From contig NC_086108.1 in the NCBI RefSeq assembly GCF_963921235.1, positions 24,180,001 to 24,244,000 of the forward strand: DNA of 64,000 nucleotides, read 5' to 3'. The first letter of the stretch is position 1. Each line of letters begins with the position of its first letter. The notes below the pieces were generated by a model. It searched no databases. It was not told the origin of the DNA and saw nothing but the letters and a program-made list of their open reading frames with translations. The DNA comes from Mobula hypostoma. Its lineage: Eukaryota. This document shows, piece by piece, positions 1-13,293 of the stretch. The translations under genes and the position numbers were made by a program.

Positions 1-527
1 TGCCCCAGAAGATTTCCCAATGATCCAGAAATCTGAACCCCTGCCCCTGCTCCAATCCCTCAGCCACGCGTTTATCATCCACCTCATTCTATTCCTATGC
101 TCACTGTCATGTGGCACAGGCAGTAATCCTGTGATTATTACCTTTGAGGTCCTGCTTCTCAACTTCTTTCCTAACTCCCTGTAGTCTGTTTTCAGGACCT
201 CCTTCCTTTTCCTACCTATGTTGTTGGTACCAATATGTACCATGACCTCTGGCTGTTTTCCCTCCCACTTCAAGATATCGTGGACACGATCACCTGGCAC
301 CTGGGAGGCAAACTACCATCCGCGTTTCTTTCCTGTGTCCACAGAATCGCCTATCTGACCCCCTAACTATAGAGTCTCCTATCGCTGCTGCCATCCTCTT
401 ACTTTCCCTACGTTTCTGAGCCACAGAGCCAGACACTGTGCCAGAGGTGTGACCACTGTTCCCCCAGGGAGGCCGTTCCCCCCAACAGTACTCAAGCAGG
501 AAAACTTATTGTTAAGAAAGACAGCCA
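1..527 (-). mobile_element. CR1 LINE ORF1 (SGNH esterase-like) fragment
   Basis: Minus strand reads INAWLRDWSRGQGFRFLDHWEIFWG, resembling the CR1 ORF1 at 27490-27900. Confidence 0.75.
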
Positions 528-825
528 CTGACTACAATAATTTCTCCGCAACTCTGTTCTAAATGGACGTCCTTCAATCCTGATGTCGTGCCCTCTTGTC
601 CTGGACTCCCCTACCATGGGAAATAACTTCGCCATATCTAATCTGTTCAGGCCTTTTAACATTTGGAATGGTTCTTCAAGATCCACCCTCATTCTCCTGA
701 ACTCCAGGGAATACAGCCCGAGCTGTCAGACGTTCCTCATATGGTAACCCTTTCATTCCTGGAATCATTCTCGTGAATTTTCTAAAATAGGGAGCGAGAA
801 ACTGCACACAATACTCCAAGTGTAA
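528..825 (-). mobile_element. CR1 ORF2 3' part; host element split by the Gmr1-like insertion (continues at 17349)
   Basis: Peptide LKGLNRLDMAKLFPMVGESRTRGHDIRIEGRPFRTE; sequence ...caatactccaagt resumes as gtctcatgagtgccttatag after the 3' LTR. Confidence 0.85.
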
Positions 826-1603
826 TGTGATGAACCCTTAAGTTTATCTTGCTGTGGACTGTCATTTTAAGAGAGAGTGCCTGAGTGATGTCAGCCACCG
901 GCTTTCTCGGCTCCTGTTTGATTCTTACTGAGAGAGAGAGGCGGAACAATTTGACTCTGCAGCTTGTTTTGATTTAGGCAAGGACACTCACTCACACACG
1001 GTCAGTCGCAGTTGGAGTCGGACAATGGAAGGAAGCCAGTGACTAAGGGGTCACTGGTTGGAACTTTCGAGTGCCCACAAGGGTGGGTTGAGCATCGACC
1101 CAGCACATCAATAAGTGGCTATCATTTTGTGTGATTAGGGAAACCTTGTGGAATCTGCCCATGTGTTAACCCTTGACTGGGTGGTAGTTCCCTTTGAAGA
1201 CAGTACTCTTGTGATAAGCTACTACTGGTGATAATTCGTAAGCGGATTTGGAACGATGATGGATAAAACCTATGGCGATTGTTATCCTGTTTTACCACAG
1301 TGGAACCTGTAGAATACAACATAAATGCCTTCTCTCGACATTCACCTTGGACTACAAATATCTCTCTCACATCGTTTAATCCATGGATGAACTGAACTTT
1401 CATACTTCACCATCTCAAGATTTTAAGCCTATTGCCCCCCGAGCTCAGTAGTTTGGGAATTACATTTACACATATGTATACTGATAACACTTTTAACTTT
1501 TGATTATTTTTGTTTAAGTTGCTATATTAAGTAGATACTAACAAAGATAGTGATTTTAACATCAAAACCAGACTCCAGGCATGACTGTTATGGGTATGTA
1601 AAA
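826..1603 (+). repeat. 5' LTR of Gmr1-like element
   Basis: Starts TGTGATGAACCC; near-identical to 16547-17348; 3' end shortened and terminal CA mutated (GGTATGTAAAA). Confidence 0.92.
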
Positions 1604-1608
1604 AAAAT

Positions 1609-1626
1609 TGGGGGCTCGTCCGGGAT
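1609..1626 (+). promoter_or_regulatory. Primer binding site, tRNA-Pro
   Basis: TGGGGGCTCGTCCGGGAT, the canonical 18-nt tRNA-Pro PBS, just after the 5' LTR. Confidence 0.93.
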
Positions 1627-1717
1627 ATGAACAAATTTGGGGGCTTATTAATTGATCAAATACCGACTTGATTGAGGAAATCCCTTTAGATTTGTTTGTG
1701 CAGGAAAATCAGCAGCA

Positions 1718-1911
1718 ATGGATGCTGATGAATTTCTGGAGGCGCCATCCTCTGGGGTGTTAGATGATGCCAGAAGGGATGAATTGAGTTGATGATGATT
1801 GCTAAGAAGTTAAGAAGTTAAACCTTAAGGTGAAGTTGATAATGAAGAGGGCACAGATGCAGAGGATTACAGCCGAGAATGTGTTTCAAGCGGAAGAGTT
1901 GGAATTGTTTC
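1718..1911 (+). pseudogene. Gag N-terminus of Gmr1-like element, interrupted by L1
   Basis: ATG at 1718, MDADEFLEAPSSGVLDDARRDEL; resumes after the L1 TSD at 10277. Confidence 0.65.
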
Positions 1912-2050
1912 AGACTAGTCTTGCAGCACTAGATGGAGTAAGTCGCACTTGACTTTGCTCCGTTCTTTTTTCATTTATTTACCACCTGTTTAGTATTCAC
2001 ATTGAAGTGTTTACATTATTTTTGTATGCTTGAATTTTGACTTTTAATTC

Positions 2051-2902
2051 TTGGAAATTGCAACCAGAGGGAAAAAGGCACTTACTGAGAGCAAGGAAGT
2101 CGACAATGGAAATGAAGGAGAAGGAGGCGACCCTAAACAGTCTAATCAACCTAAACAGGCACAACTGACTTTCAAGGTTATATCCAAGCTTTTGGATGAT
2201 AAACTTGTTAAATTTGATAAAAAATTTTCTAATCTTGAGATAAAGTTAAATAATATCGAAGATCAACTCAGAACGATTAAACGTGAGAATGAAAAGTAAC
2301 AACAACTAATTTCAGATCTTGATGAAAATGGCAGACAAAGAGACTGTGGATTAAGCTTGTTGGAAAAGAAGGTACTCTCGACCACTCAAATGCCGGAACT
2401 ATATAAAGCCAAGATCATTGACCTGGAAAATCGCAGTTGCATTCAAAATCTACGGATTATAGGACTTCGTGAGGATGTTGAAAGTGGCAATCCTACTAGG
2501 GTTTTTGCTCAATTTTTAATGGAGGTATTCGGTACTGAAGTGTTTTCTAACCCCCCTATACTAGACCGTGCTCATCGCTCGTTAAGGGTTAAACCCCTGA
2601 AAGATTTAAAACCCAGGGCAGTTGTTCTACGATTCCACTATGTGCATACTAAGGAGCAGTTAATTCAAGTTGCACATCGGAAAGGAATTATTGAGCACAG
2701 GGATCTCAAATTTCGTTTGCTGGAAGATTTTAATCCAGTGTTATTACAAGAGAGGTTTCTTTTTAAGTTGGTGATGTCAGAATTATACCACAAGAAATTA
2801 CATCCTGCATTGTTATATCCTGCGTGTTTAAGGATTGCTTTGCCAGATAAATCACGTAAATGGTTTAAATCAGTGATGGAGGCACGTCAATTCCTTGACT
2901 AA
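2051..2902 (+). pseudogene. L1 ORF1 (coiled coil plus Transposase_22-type region), one in-frame stop
   Basis: DLENRSCIQNLRIIGLRE, LDRAHRSL, PRAVVLRFH, LLYPACLRI motifs; ORFs 2051-2299 and 2357-2902 share a frame. Confidence 0.88.
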
Positions 2903-5605
2903 TTTTCAACTGTTTAATAAATTTACTGCTTTCTCATGTTTGAATGTAGTTGTCTATTAGTTTAAAAGTAATGTGTAGATTTGCCTTTAAAGTTCGGGAA
3001 TTCTCATTCTTGGTTGGATTATACTTGTATTTTTTTTGGAGTATAGATGTTTATTATACTTTTAAGTTAAAATTTCTTTTCCCTTTTATTATTCTATGAA
3101 AATATTTTTAACTTTTAGTTTAATATTTTGACTTGGCGACAGATTGTTCTTTTTTTGAAATGTTAATACGATTGTATTTTGTTTCATTTTTCAAGATTTC
3201 GCCTTTCAAAATGTCTTGCAATGACTGGGTTCTTTTTATCAATATTTGTTTTATCCTTTTCTTGGTGTTTCTCTCATGTTTTGTCTGTGGGTGGTTTATT
3301 ACATTCCTTCCATTTGGAGTTATGTCTTCATGAGAGTTGGGGGTAATGTATTTGGGATTAGCTAGCGTACTGGCTGGCTGGGGCCAGTTGTTTTTTTTTG
3401 GGTTTGGTGGGTGGGGGATGGTATTTCTTTTAGATTAGTATTTTCCAATTGGGATGTTCTGAAACTACAAATATGTCTGAAGTGTCGTAGATTCCAGTTC
3501 CTTTTTAAACTTTTTCCTCTTCCTGAGTCATGGGTTTCCTGTGCAGTAAGGTTAACCCTTTGCATACCATTTGGCTTATTGTAGTAAAATGGATAATGTT
3601 ATTAATTTTGTTTCATGGAATGTAAGTGATTTGAATCATCCAATTTAACAGAAGAAGATTTTCAATGTCTTTCATAGACTGAATGTTCAGATTATCTTTG
3701 CTGAAGAGACTCATGAGAACAGGGTGGACAATCAGTGTTTTTTTTAGGTTTTGGAAGGAACAACAATTTCATACGGATTCACAATCTAAAGTAAAATGAG
3801 TCTCTACTTTTATAGACGCCTCAATTTCATTTGTTCATTATGAAACTATTTCAGACCCGAATGGTAGATTTTTGCTAATTACTGGTTTACTTTATAATCA
3901 AAAAATTGTTTAGATAAATATTTATGCACCAAATACTGACTATCCTGAATTTTTTAAGCATTTATTTGCATCTTTTCCTAATTTAAATGAACATAAGTTG
4001 ATAATGGGTGGAGACTTTAATTGTTTCTTGAACCCTTTGATGGATAGGTCTGCCTCTAATCAAATATCTCCAAACAAATCCGCTATTTTTATTAACTCCT
4101 TTTTAGTTGATTCTAGAATCTTAGATGTTTGGAGGCTTTTATATCATAATGAGAAAGAGTTCTTTTTTTTCTCCCATGTATATCAGGGCTATTCGAGAAT
4201 TGATTTTTTTTTATTGATTATCGATTAATTTTGTCTGTTATTGCATGTGAATATGATGCAATTACTATTTCTGATCATGCACCTCTGAAACTATCAATTA
4301 AATTCACTGACATAACTTCTAGTGCCAGACAATGGAGGTTCAATTCCACTTTACATCAGGATTCAAATTTTGCCAATTTTATTAAAGAACAGATTGATTT
4401 TTTCTTTTCAACAAATTTTACGGATGAAATTTCCAGTGGAATATTGTGGGATACTTTTAAAGTATATATTCGTGGGCAAATTATTTCATATTCTGCTGGA
4501 TTGAAAAAATGAGTTAATAATGTAATATATACATTGGTTGATAAGATTAAAGAAATTGATAGAACGTATTCTGTTGCTCCTAATTTAGAACTCTATAAAA
4601 AGAGGGTTAATCTTCAGATGCAACATAATTTGTTATTAACTTCCACGCTTGAAAATCAATTACTTAAAACTAAGAGTCAACTTTATACACATGGTGATAA
4701 ATCGGGTAAATTATTGGCAGACCAACTGAAAGCTGTTTGGACTAAACTTCTGATTCGTAAAGTTTCTAAACGGGATGGTACCTTGACGGTTGATCATGAC
4801 GAAATTTATAAATCTTTTCAAGACTTTTATACCTCTCTATATCAATCGGAATTTTCTGAAAAGCCTACCATTATGCATGAATTTTTAAGGAAATTGAACT
4901 TTCCGAAATTACCACTTAATGAATGCTTAGAACTAGCTGCATCCATTATGGAAGTTGATATTAAGAAAGCAAATTTTGTGAGCTATACTGGAAAAGCACC
5001 AGGTTTGGATGGATTTACAGTAGAATTTTATAAGTCTTTTTCAAATTTACTTTCACTATGGTTATGTAAAATTTTTGAGGATGGCTTACTTGTAGGTAAA
5101 TTACCACAATCCTTTTATGAAACATCCATTTCTCTAATTTCTGAAAAAAGAAAAAGACCTTACTGATTGTGCATCATATAGACCTATATCTTTGTTGAAC
5201 ATAGATTCCAAAATTTGTTCTAAAATAATAGCAAACAGATTGGAAAAGGTACTGCCACAAATGATTTCTGATGATCAGACAGGATTTATTAAACATTGCT
5301 TTTCGTATTTCAATGTTAGGAGATTAATGAATATTGTATATACTCTTTCATCTAAAGTTCCAGAATGTGTTATTTCGCTCGACGCTGAGAAGGCTTTTGA
5401 CAGAGTTGAATGGAAAGATTCAACTTTAGCCCAAAATGCATCACTTGGATTGAATTGATATATCACTCACCTTTGGCTTCCGTAGATACCAATAATCAGA
5501 GATTCCCCTTTTTTAGGCTTTTCAGAAGTACTAGACAGGGTTCTCCATTAAGTCGTTTGTTATTTGATATAGCTTTGGAACCCTTGGCAATTGCCTTTCG
5601 TGATT

Positions 5606-7345
5606 ATGGGGAACAAGGAAATGGCAGACGAGTTGAACAATTATTTTGGATCTGTCTTCACTAGGGAAGACACAAACAATCTCCCAGATATAATTTGGCC
5701 AAAGGACCTAGGGTAATGGATGAACTGAAGGAAATTTATATTAGGCAGGAAATGGTGTTGGATGGACTGTTGGGTCTGAAGGCTGATAAGTCCCCGGGAC
5801 CTAATGGTCTGCATCCCAGGGTACTTAAGGAGGTGGCTTTATAAATCGTGGACGCATTGGTACTCATTTTCCAGTGTTCTATAGATTCAGGATCAGTTCC
5901 CGTGGATTGGAGTGTGGCTAATGTTGTCCCTCTCTTCAAAAAGGGAGGAAGAGAGAAAACAGGGAATTATAGACCGTTTAGCCTGATGTCGGTGGTGGGA
6001 AAGATGCTGGAGTCAATTATAAAAGATGAAATTACGACACATCTGGATAGCAGTAACAGGATCGGTCTGAGTCAGCATGGATTTATGAAGGGGAAATCGT
6101 GCTTGACTAATCTTCTGGAATTTTTTGAGCACGTAACTATGAAAATGGACAAGGGAGAGCCAGTGGATGTAGTGTACCTGGACTTTCAGAACACCTTTGA
6201 TAGTCCCACATAGGAGATTAGTGGGTAAAATTAGGGCACAAGGTATTGGGGGCAGAGTACTGTCATGGATTGAAAATTGGCTGGCTGACAGAAAACAAAG
6301 GTTAGTGATTAACGGGTCCCTTTCAGAATGGCAGGCGGTGACCAGTGGGGTACCGCAGCTGTTTACAATATATATTAATGATTTAGATGATGGAATTAAA
6401 AGTAACATGAGCAAATTTGCTGATGACACAAAGCTGGGTGGCAGTGTGACATATGAGGAGGATGTTATGAGAATGCAGGGTGATTTGGACAGGCTGGGTG
6501 AGTGGGCAGATGCATGGCAGATGCAGTTTAATGTGGATAGATGTGAGGTTATCCACTTTGGTGGTACGAACAGGAAGGCAGATTATTATCTAAATGGAGG
6601 CAAGTTAGGAAAAGGGGAAGTACAGCGAGATCTAGGTGTTCTTGTACATCGGTCACCGAAAGCAAGCATGCAAGTACAGCAGGCAGTGAAGAAAGCTAAT
6701 GGCATGCTGGCCTCATAACAAGGTGAATTGAATATAAGAGCAAAGAGGTCCTTCTGCAGCTGTACAGGGCCCTGGTGAGACCACACCTGGAGTACTGTGT
6801 GCAGTTTTGGTCTCCAAATTTGAGGAAGGACATTCTTGCTATTGAGGGAGTGCAGCATAGGTTCACAAGGTTAATTCCCAGGATGGTGGGACTGTCATAT
6901 GTTGAAAGATTGGAACGACTGGGCTTGTATACTCTGGAATTTAGAAGGCTGGGAGGGGATATTATTGAAACATATAAGATTATTAAGGGATTGGGCACGC
7001 TGGAGGCAGGAAGCATATTCCTGCTGTTGGGTGAGTCCAGAATCAGAGGCCACAGTTTAAGAATAAGGGGTAGGCCATTTAGAACAGAGTTGAGGAAAAA
7101 ATTTTTCACCCAGAGAGTGGTGGATATATGGAATGCTCTACCCCAGAAGGCTGCAGAGGCCAAGTCTCTGGATACTTTCAAGAAAGAGTTGGATAGAGCT
7201 CTTAAAGATAGTGGAATTGAAGGTTATGGGGATAAGGCAGGAACTGGATACTGATTGTGGATGATCAGCCAAGATCACAGTGAATGGCAGTGCTGGCTCG
7301 AAGGGCCGAATGGCCTACTCCTGCACCTATTGTCTATTGTCTATT
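5606..7345 (+). mobile_element. 5'-truncated CR1 LINE inserted in L1 RT
   Basis: CR1 RT motifs (KFADDTKLGG, RPHLEYCVQFWSP), (CTATTGT)n tail, TSD GTGATT at 5600-5605 and 7346-7351. Confidence 0.92.
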
Positions 7346-8604
7346 GTGATTCACCCAATATGTTTGAAATTACTCATGGGAAGGAGACACATAAGGTATC
7401 ATTGTATGCAGATGAATTGTTACTATGTATCTAACCGAGAGAAATCCATCCCGGCAGTTTTATCACTACTAGCTCAGTTTAGTAGTTTTTCTGGTTACAA
7501 GCTAAATCTTAATAAGAGTGAGCTTTTTCCATTAAATATGAAAGTTCCAATTTAGAGACAATTACCATTTGAATTAGTTACTGATTATTTCACTTATTTG
7601 GGTGTCAAGATTACTAAAAATATAAAGATCTATTTAAAGTTAACTTTCTACCCTTAATTGACCATGTTAAACAATTGTTTGCTTGATGCTCTCCACTGTC
7701 ATTATCATTGATTTGTCAAATTAATGCTATTAAAATGACTGTTTTACCTAAATTTCTGTATTTATTTCAAATGATCAAATTTTTATCTCTAAATCCTTTT
7801 TTGATATTATTGATTCTAAAATGTCTTCATACACATGGCAGAATAAACATCCTAGATTGAGTAAGAAATATCTACAGAAATCAAAAAAGGACAGTGGTTT
7901 AGCATTGCTGAATTTTAGATTTTATTATTGGGCAATTAATATCTGATATTTAATGTTTTGGACACAAGATTGGGATGAAACTCATTGTCCACGATGGGTG
8001 AACCTGGAGGGTGAGTCTGTGCAAGGGTTCTCATTAGTTTCTATTTTAGGAGCTTCGCTCCCCTGTGCATTAACCAAACTGAATATACAAATAATTAATA
8101 CAATAATTAAACATACAATATGAATATGGTTTCAATTTCGCAAATTTTTTGGACTGAACGCATTTATTTTATCTAGTCCTACTATATCTAATTTTTTCTT
8201 TCAACCTTCTAGAATTGATCAAGCTTTTTCCTTATGGAAAACGAGGGGAATAGCATGCTTTCGTGATTTATCCAAGGATAATTGTTTCATGTTGTTTGAA
8301 CAATTATCCAATAAATATAAGTTGCCGAGTTCACATTTTTTTAGATATCTGCAGATTAGAAGTTTTTTGAATGGTATTTTGCCTAACTTTCCACTATTTT
8401 ACCCAACTAATATTACAGAAAAAAAATTAGGTTTAAATCCCTATCTGAAGTGCTTAATAGCAGTTTTGTACAATTTAATTACGGAAATACATCTAGGCAC
8501 ATCTGATAAAATAAAAAAATGAATGGGAAAGAGAACTTCAGGACTCTTTACCTACAGAGAAATGGGAGAAATATTTTCAACTAGTTAATACTTCGTCAAT
8601 GTAT

Positions 8605-9464
8605 TGTGACGAGAATACACATAAATTAAGATGTTTGCTGGCCTGGGATAGCACCAGTGGCATCAGCAGTTGGTCTGTCACCTGTCCTCAGGGGAGGGAG
8701 AGATAAAGAACAATGAAGCAGCATTTGGAGATGTTAATGAAGGAGCCATCAGTCTGGGTATTGTCTAGAGCGGCTCCCCCTTTGAACCCTGAACTGTTTG
8801 AAGTGATGGACAGGCGATACCCCAGCAGGGGGTAAAAAGGGACAGGTTCGCTAAGGCAGGACACACACGACACCCGAGTTAACAAGACCCTGGAAGCGGT
8901 GCGCCTCTCACGAGTCGGTGGGAAGTATCAGGCCATAAACGCACAGGGTGGAAAGGTACGATCAGCGGGAACCTGGTGTGTGTCCACCCTCGCTTGGGTG
9001 CCGGGTTCACTGCAGAGGATCGACTGCATCTGGAGGAGGGGTCACAGTCGGTGACCTCAGGTGACATCACAAAGGACCCGCCCGAAAGCTGCTTGTGAGC
9101 AATATCGCAGGTCTGTGAGTGGAAGCCATTCTGAATGATCAGTCATTCTCATTCTCTCTCTCCCTCCCCCCACGTTGTCCACTGCCATGGCAACGATTAC
9201 TGCGAACTGAACTAAATTGGACTGAACTTCGTGCCACTTTGAAATTGGTCATTTACACCTAGACAACGATAGAGCTTGATTGATGCTGTTATCTTAATTC
9301 TGTGCACATGTGTGTTTATCATTGCTGAACTGTTGCATTTATTATCCTTTCGATTACTGTGTTACTTGTTTCTTTAATAAAACTTTCTTAGTTCTAGTAA
9401 TCCAGACTCCAACTGAGTGATCCATTTCTGCTGGTTTGGCAACCCAGTTATGGGGTACGTAACA
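8605..9464 (+). mobile_element. Solo LTR (860 bp) inserted in L1 ORF2
   Basis: TG...CA ends, exact 4-bp TSD GTAT, AATAAA near 3' end, second copy at 49890-50749. Confidence 0.92.
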
Positions 9465-10276
9465 GTATGCTGGACGTACACTGATACAATTTAAAATAGT
9501 CCATAGGGCTCATATGTCTAAGGATAAATTAGCTCATTTTTACCAACATATAAATCCTGTGTGTGACAGATGTAATTCTGAGGTGGCCTCTCTGACACAT
9601 ACATTTTGGCCTTGCCCTCTTTTAGATAAATATTGGAAAGATATTTTTGACATTATTTCAACAGTTTTGAGTATTAATTTAAAACCTCACCCTATTACTG
9701 CAATTTTTGGATTATCGGTGACAGATGTTGGTTATTTATCCTTTTCAGCTTTCCATTTGATTGCATTTGTTACACTAATAGCTAAAAGATCTATCTTACT
9801 TAAATAGAAAGATTCTGATCCTCCGACTACTTTTCAATAGTACTCTCAAACTATATTATATTTAAACCTGGAAAAAATTAGATGTGGAATGGTTGATTCT
9901 TCAGTTAAATTTGAAGAAACCTGGAGACCGTTTATTCAACATTTTCATATGATGTAAATTGTCCGTTTCAGAACCTTTTCCTTTTTTAATAATCTTTTGT
10001 TTGTCTATAGAGGAGTGGAGTTAATGACAAATAATGTTCTTATCCAAAGGAATATGACATCCCAGTTTTGTTTTGTTTTGTTTGTTTTAGTTTAAGGGGC
10101 TCTTTAAAATTTTTTTTTTCATGTTCAATTACTTAGAGATTGGGAGGCTTGAATAATATATTTTACTGGAATTATGCTTGTATATGTTAACCATTATCAA
10201 TGTTATACCGATCTCTTTGTATCTTTAATATTGTTATGTATACTAATCTGAAACTTAATAAAAAGATTGAAAAAAA

Positions 10277-11700
10277 GGAATTGTTTCCAGAGGGTAAACC
10301 TGCTGAGTGTAAGCTCCAGTATCAGATGGAAAAATTAGAGATGAATGCTGAGGATAGGTGAAGACAGCAACAGTTCAAGTTTGAGTTACAAGTAAAGCAG
10401 CTCGAGGCTGAAAGGGCAGAAAGACAGAGGCCGTTTGAGCTGGAAAAGATAGAGAGATTGCAGCAAGGAGGTCTAGTGCTAGACCCTGGCGATGGGTATA
10501 GTGCCATTTAGGAAGCTAAATTGGTACCTCCATTTGACGAAGCAGAAATTGATAAATACTTCTTGCATTTTGAGAAGGTGGTTCAGAGTCAAAAGAGGTA
10601 GAAAAGAAGTTGGCCTGTTTTGTTACAAAGTGTCTTTAAGAGTAAAGCCCAACAAGCTTATTTGGACCTATCACTTGAAGATGCAGCTAATTATGATATT
10701 GTGAAACGGGCAGTGCTTAAAGCTTATGAATTGGTTCCGGAAGCTTATAGACAAAGGTTTAGATATTTGAAAAAGTCTATGAACCAGTCTTATGTGGAAT
10801 TTGCTTATGAGAAGCTTGTGTATTTTGATTGTTGGTACACATCTAAGAATGTGGATAATGATTTTGACAACTTGAAAGAGTTGGTTTTAACTGAAGAATT
10901 TTAAAAGGTATGTCCCTGATGACATAAAGACATATTTAGATGAAAAGGATGCTGCCACTTTGCAGGAATCTGCTAAAATTAGCAGATGAGTATGCTTTAA
11001 CCCACAAAGCTAAGTTCACCCCGAGTAAGAGCCTCCAAAAGAGTAGCAGGGATAACCAGGGTAAACCAGAACTTAAATCTGGGACTAGTGACAAAAGTAA
11101 GGATGAAGGCAGGCAGTCGAAGGAGAAATTTTCTGGTCTTACTTGTTACTATTGTAAGAAAGCTGGTCACATGATGGCTAATTGTTCTGTTCTGAAGAAG
11201 AGAAGGGAAAAGGAAAAGGAGGCAGTCCCAAATGCCTACGTTCATTATGCCGAAGCACCTAAAAACCCATCAGGTTCTGAATGTTCTGTTGAGGCTCAGT
11301 TAAGGACTGTGGGGTTTGACTGAGTTAAGAAGGGATTCGATCATCTTATGTCAGATAGGTTTGTATCAATAAAGGAAGGGTCAACCCTGGTACCAGTGAA
11401 AATTCTTTGAGATACTGGGGCTTCTCAGTCACTTATATTAGACAGCGTTCTAAAGTTTGGTGATGAGACTAAAACTGATAAGGTAAATCTTATTAAAGAT
11501 ATTGGGAAAGGTGTTGTTTCTGTACCTCCGCATAAGGAAATTTTGAAGTCTGAATTGTTTTCCAGACCTGTCAAGATAGGGATCCAACCTAAGTTACCAG
11601 TGAAGGGTGTTTCTTTGTTGTTAGAAAATGACATAGCAGGTGGTGGTTTATCCAGCAGTGCAGCTGACAAATAAGCCTGCTACTTGATGACCCACAGATA
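10277..11700 (+). pseudogene. Gmr1-like gag (SCAN-like region, zinc knuckle) and aspartic protease
   Basis: KAQQAY..YDIVKRAVLKAYELVPEAYRQRFR; CYYCKKAGHMMANC; IL*DTGASQSLI near 11402-11437. Confidence 0.85.
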
Positions 11701-11994
11701 GATGTTGGTATTTATCCTGCCTGCGCAGTAACACGAAGCATGACTAAAACGTCTGCCAACGCAAATGGTTCTGTGCAGCATAATTCTGATGCCCAGGACA
11801 GCCAAAATTGGGATTTAGGTGATGTTGACTTGTCAGGGACTTTTCTGCCTTCATTGTTTCAACAGGACTCAGGGAGTAAGTCTGATGAGAAAGGTTTATC
11901 TTTGTCTAGGAAAGAGTTTGTAGCAGAACAAAGTTGAGGTCCTGAGATTGAAACTTTAAAAGAAACAGCTCTCTCAGATGATGAGATTAAAAAA

Positions 11995-13221
11995 GTGCCA
12001 GTAGAGTACTATCTCAAGGATGGGGTATTGATGAGAAAGTGGAGACCACCTACTGTACCTGTGATGGAGGAATGGGCAATTGTTCACCAAGCTGTAGTTC
12101 ATAAAGTCTATAGGACTGAAATTTTAACTTTGGCTCACAGTATGTCTTTAGGGGGACACTTTGGGGTGAATAAAACTGTAAACAGGATTAGGAAAGAATT
12201 TTACTGTCCTAATCTGAGGAAAGATGTTGTGACCTTTTGCAGAACCTGCAACACTTGTCAAGTTGTGGGTAAACCTAATCAGGCCATCCCTGTGGCCCCA
12301 CTTCGGCCTATACCTGCATTTGGTGAACCTTTTTCCAAAGTTATAGTGGATTGTGTTGGCCCATTGCCAAAGACAACAGCTGGCCGTCAGTATCTGTTAA
12401 CCATTATGTGTACTGCATCCAGATTCCCAGAGATGAACCCTCTCAGAAATATTGAAGCTAAAACTGTGGTGAAGGCTCTCACCAAGTTTTTTACTTTGTT
12501 CGGTTTGCCTAAAGAAATTCAATCTAATCAAGGCAGTAATTTTACATCAGGATTATTCCAACAGGTAGTTTCTGAACTGGGAGCTAAACAAATTACATCA
12601 TCTGCGTACCATCTAGAATCACAAGGAGCTTTAGACAGATTTCATTCTACCTTCAAAACAATGATTAAGACATACTGTGTTGAGAATGGAAAAGACTGGG
12701 ATGAGGGGGTACATTTGCTCCTATTTTCCGTAAGAGAATTGGTGCAGGAATTGCTGGGTTTTAGTCCATTTGAACTCGTATTTGGTCACAGAGTGAGGGG
12801 ACCTTTGCCCTTGCTGAGGGAACAGTGGACTGATGAAAAAGTGTATGTTAACTTCTTAAGCTATGTATTGGAATTCAAAAATAAATTACACCAAGTCTGT
12901 AGCCTCGCAAGACAAAACCTACAGAATTCTCAAAACAAAATTAAATCTTGGTATGATAAGCGAGCTCGAGAAAGGACATATCAAGTGGGAGACATAGTAT
13001 TGGTGTTATTTCCAATGTTGACAAATCTGCTTCAAGCAAAGTTTAGTGGGCCATACGAAATAATCTCTAAAATTGATTCTTTGAATTTTGTTATTAAAAC
13101 ACCAGATCGAAGAAAACTCACACAGGTGGTACATGTAAATATGATAAAGTGTTATTTATACCCAGAGATGCCATTTGTGAGCATTGTTGTGGGAGCCTGT
13201 GAAACTAGAGGGCCTGAGTGA
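11995..13221 (+). pseudogene. Integrase (HHCC zinc finger plus core domain) of Gmr1-like element
   Basis: LAH..GGHFGV..CRTCNTCQ, VIVDCVGPLP, IQSNQGSNF, SAYHLESQGALDRFH, KFSGPY; expected catalytic D and E appear as N and D. Confidence 0.9.
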
Positions 13222-13293
13222 GGGATAACTGACTCGTCTGAGAATTTTAACAAGCCAAGCATAGTCTCAGTCAGGCTTAAGAACGCAGTTATT

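Larger units (their letters stand above)
3589..9957 (+). pseudogene. L1 ORF2 (APE endonuclease, RT, C-terminal Cys-rich region), fragmented and interrupted
   Basis: MDNVINFVSWNV start, MGGDFN, SRIDFF, ISDHAP, KAPGLDGF, SLDAEKAFDRVEW, RQGSPLS, CDRC..HTFWPC. Confidence 0.88.
1912..10276 (+). mobile_element. L1 LINE, near full length, degenerate
   Basis: ORF1 plus APE/RT/C-terminal ORF2; ends AATAAAAAGATTGAAAAAAA; TSD GGAATTGTTTC at 1901-1911 and 10277-10287. Confidence 0.92.

Noticed and set aside
1122..1403. Duplicated 93/82-aa minus ORF (also 16876-17124) as a gene pair
   Set aside because: Both lie inside the two LTRs, so the similarity reflects LTR identity; no known domain
3133..3333. 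Hydrophobic small membrane protein
   Set aside because: T-rich L1 inter-ORF spacer gives Phe/Leu-rich translation
8879..9070. Repeated MMSPEVTDCDPSSRC ORF (also 49778-50353)
   Set aside because: Antisense frames within two copies of the same solo LTR, with different lengths
11995..13221. Domesticated integrase gene
   Set aside because: Embedded in a decayed pol with flanking stops; catalytic positions appear altered; no sign of separate expression
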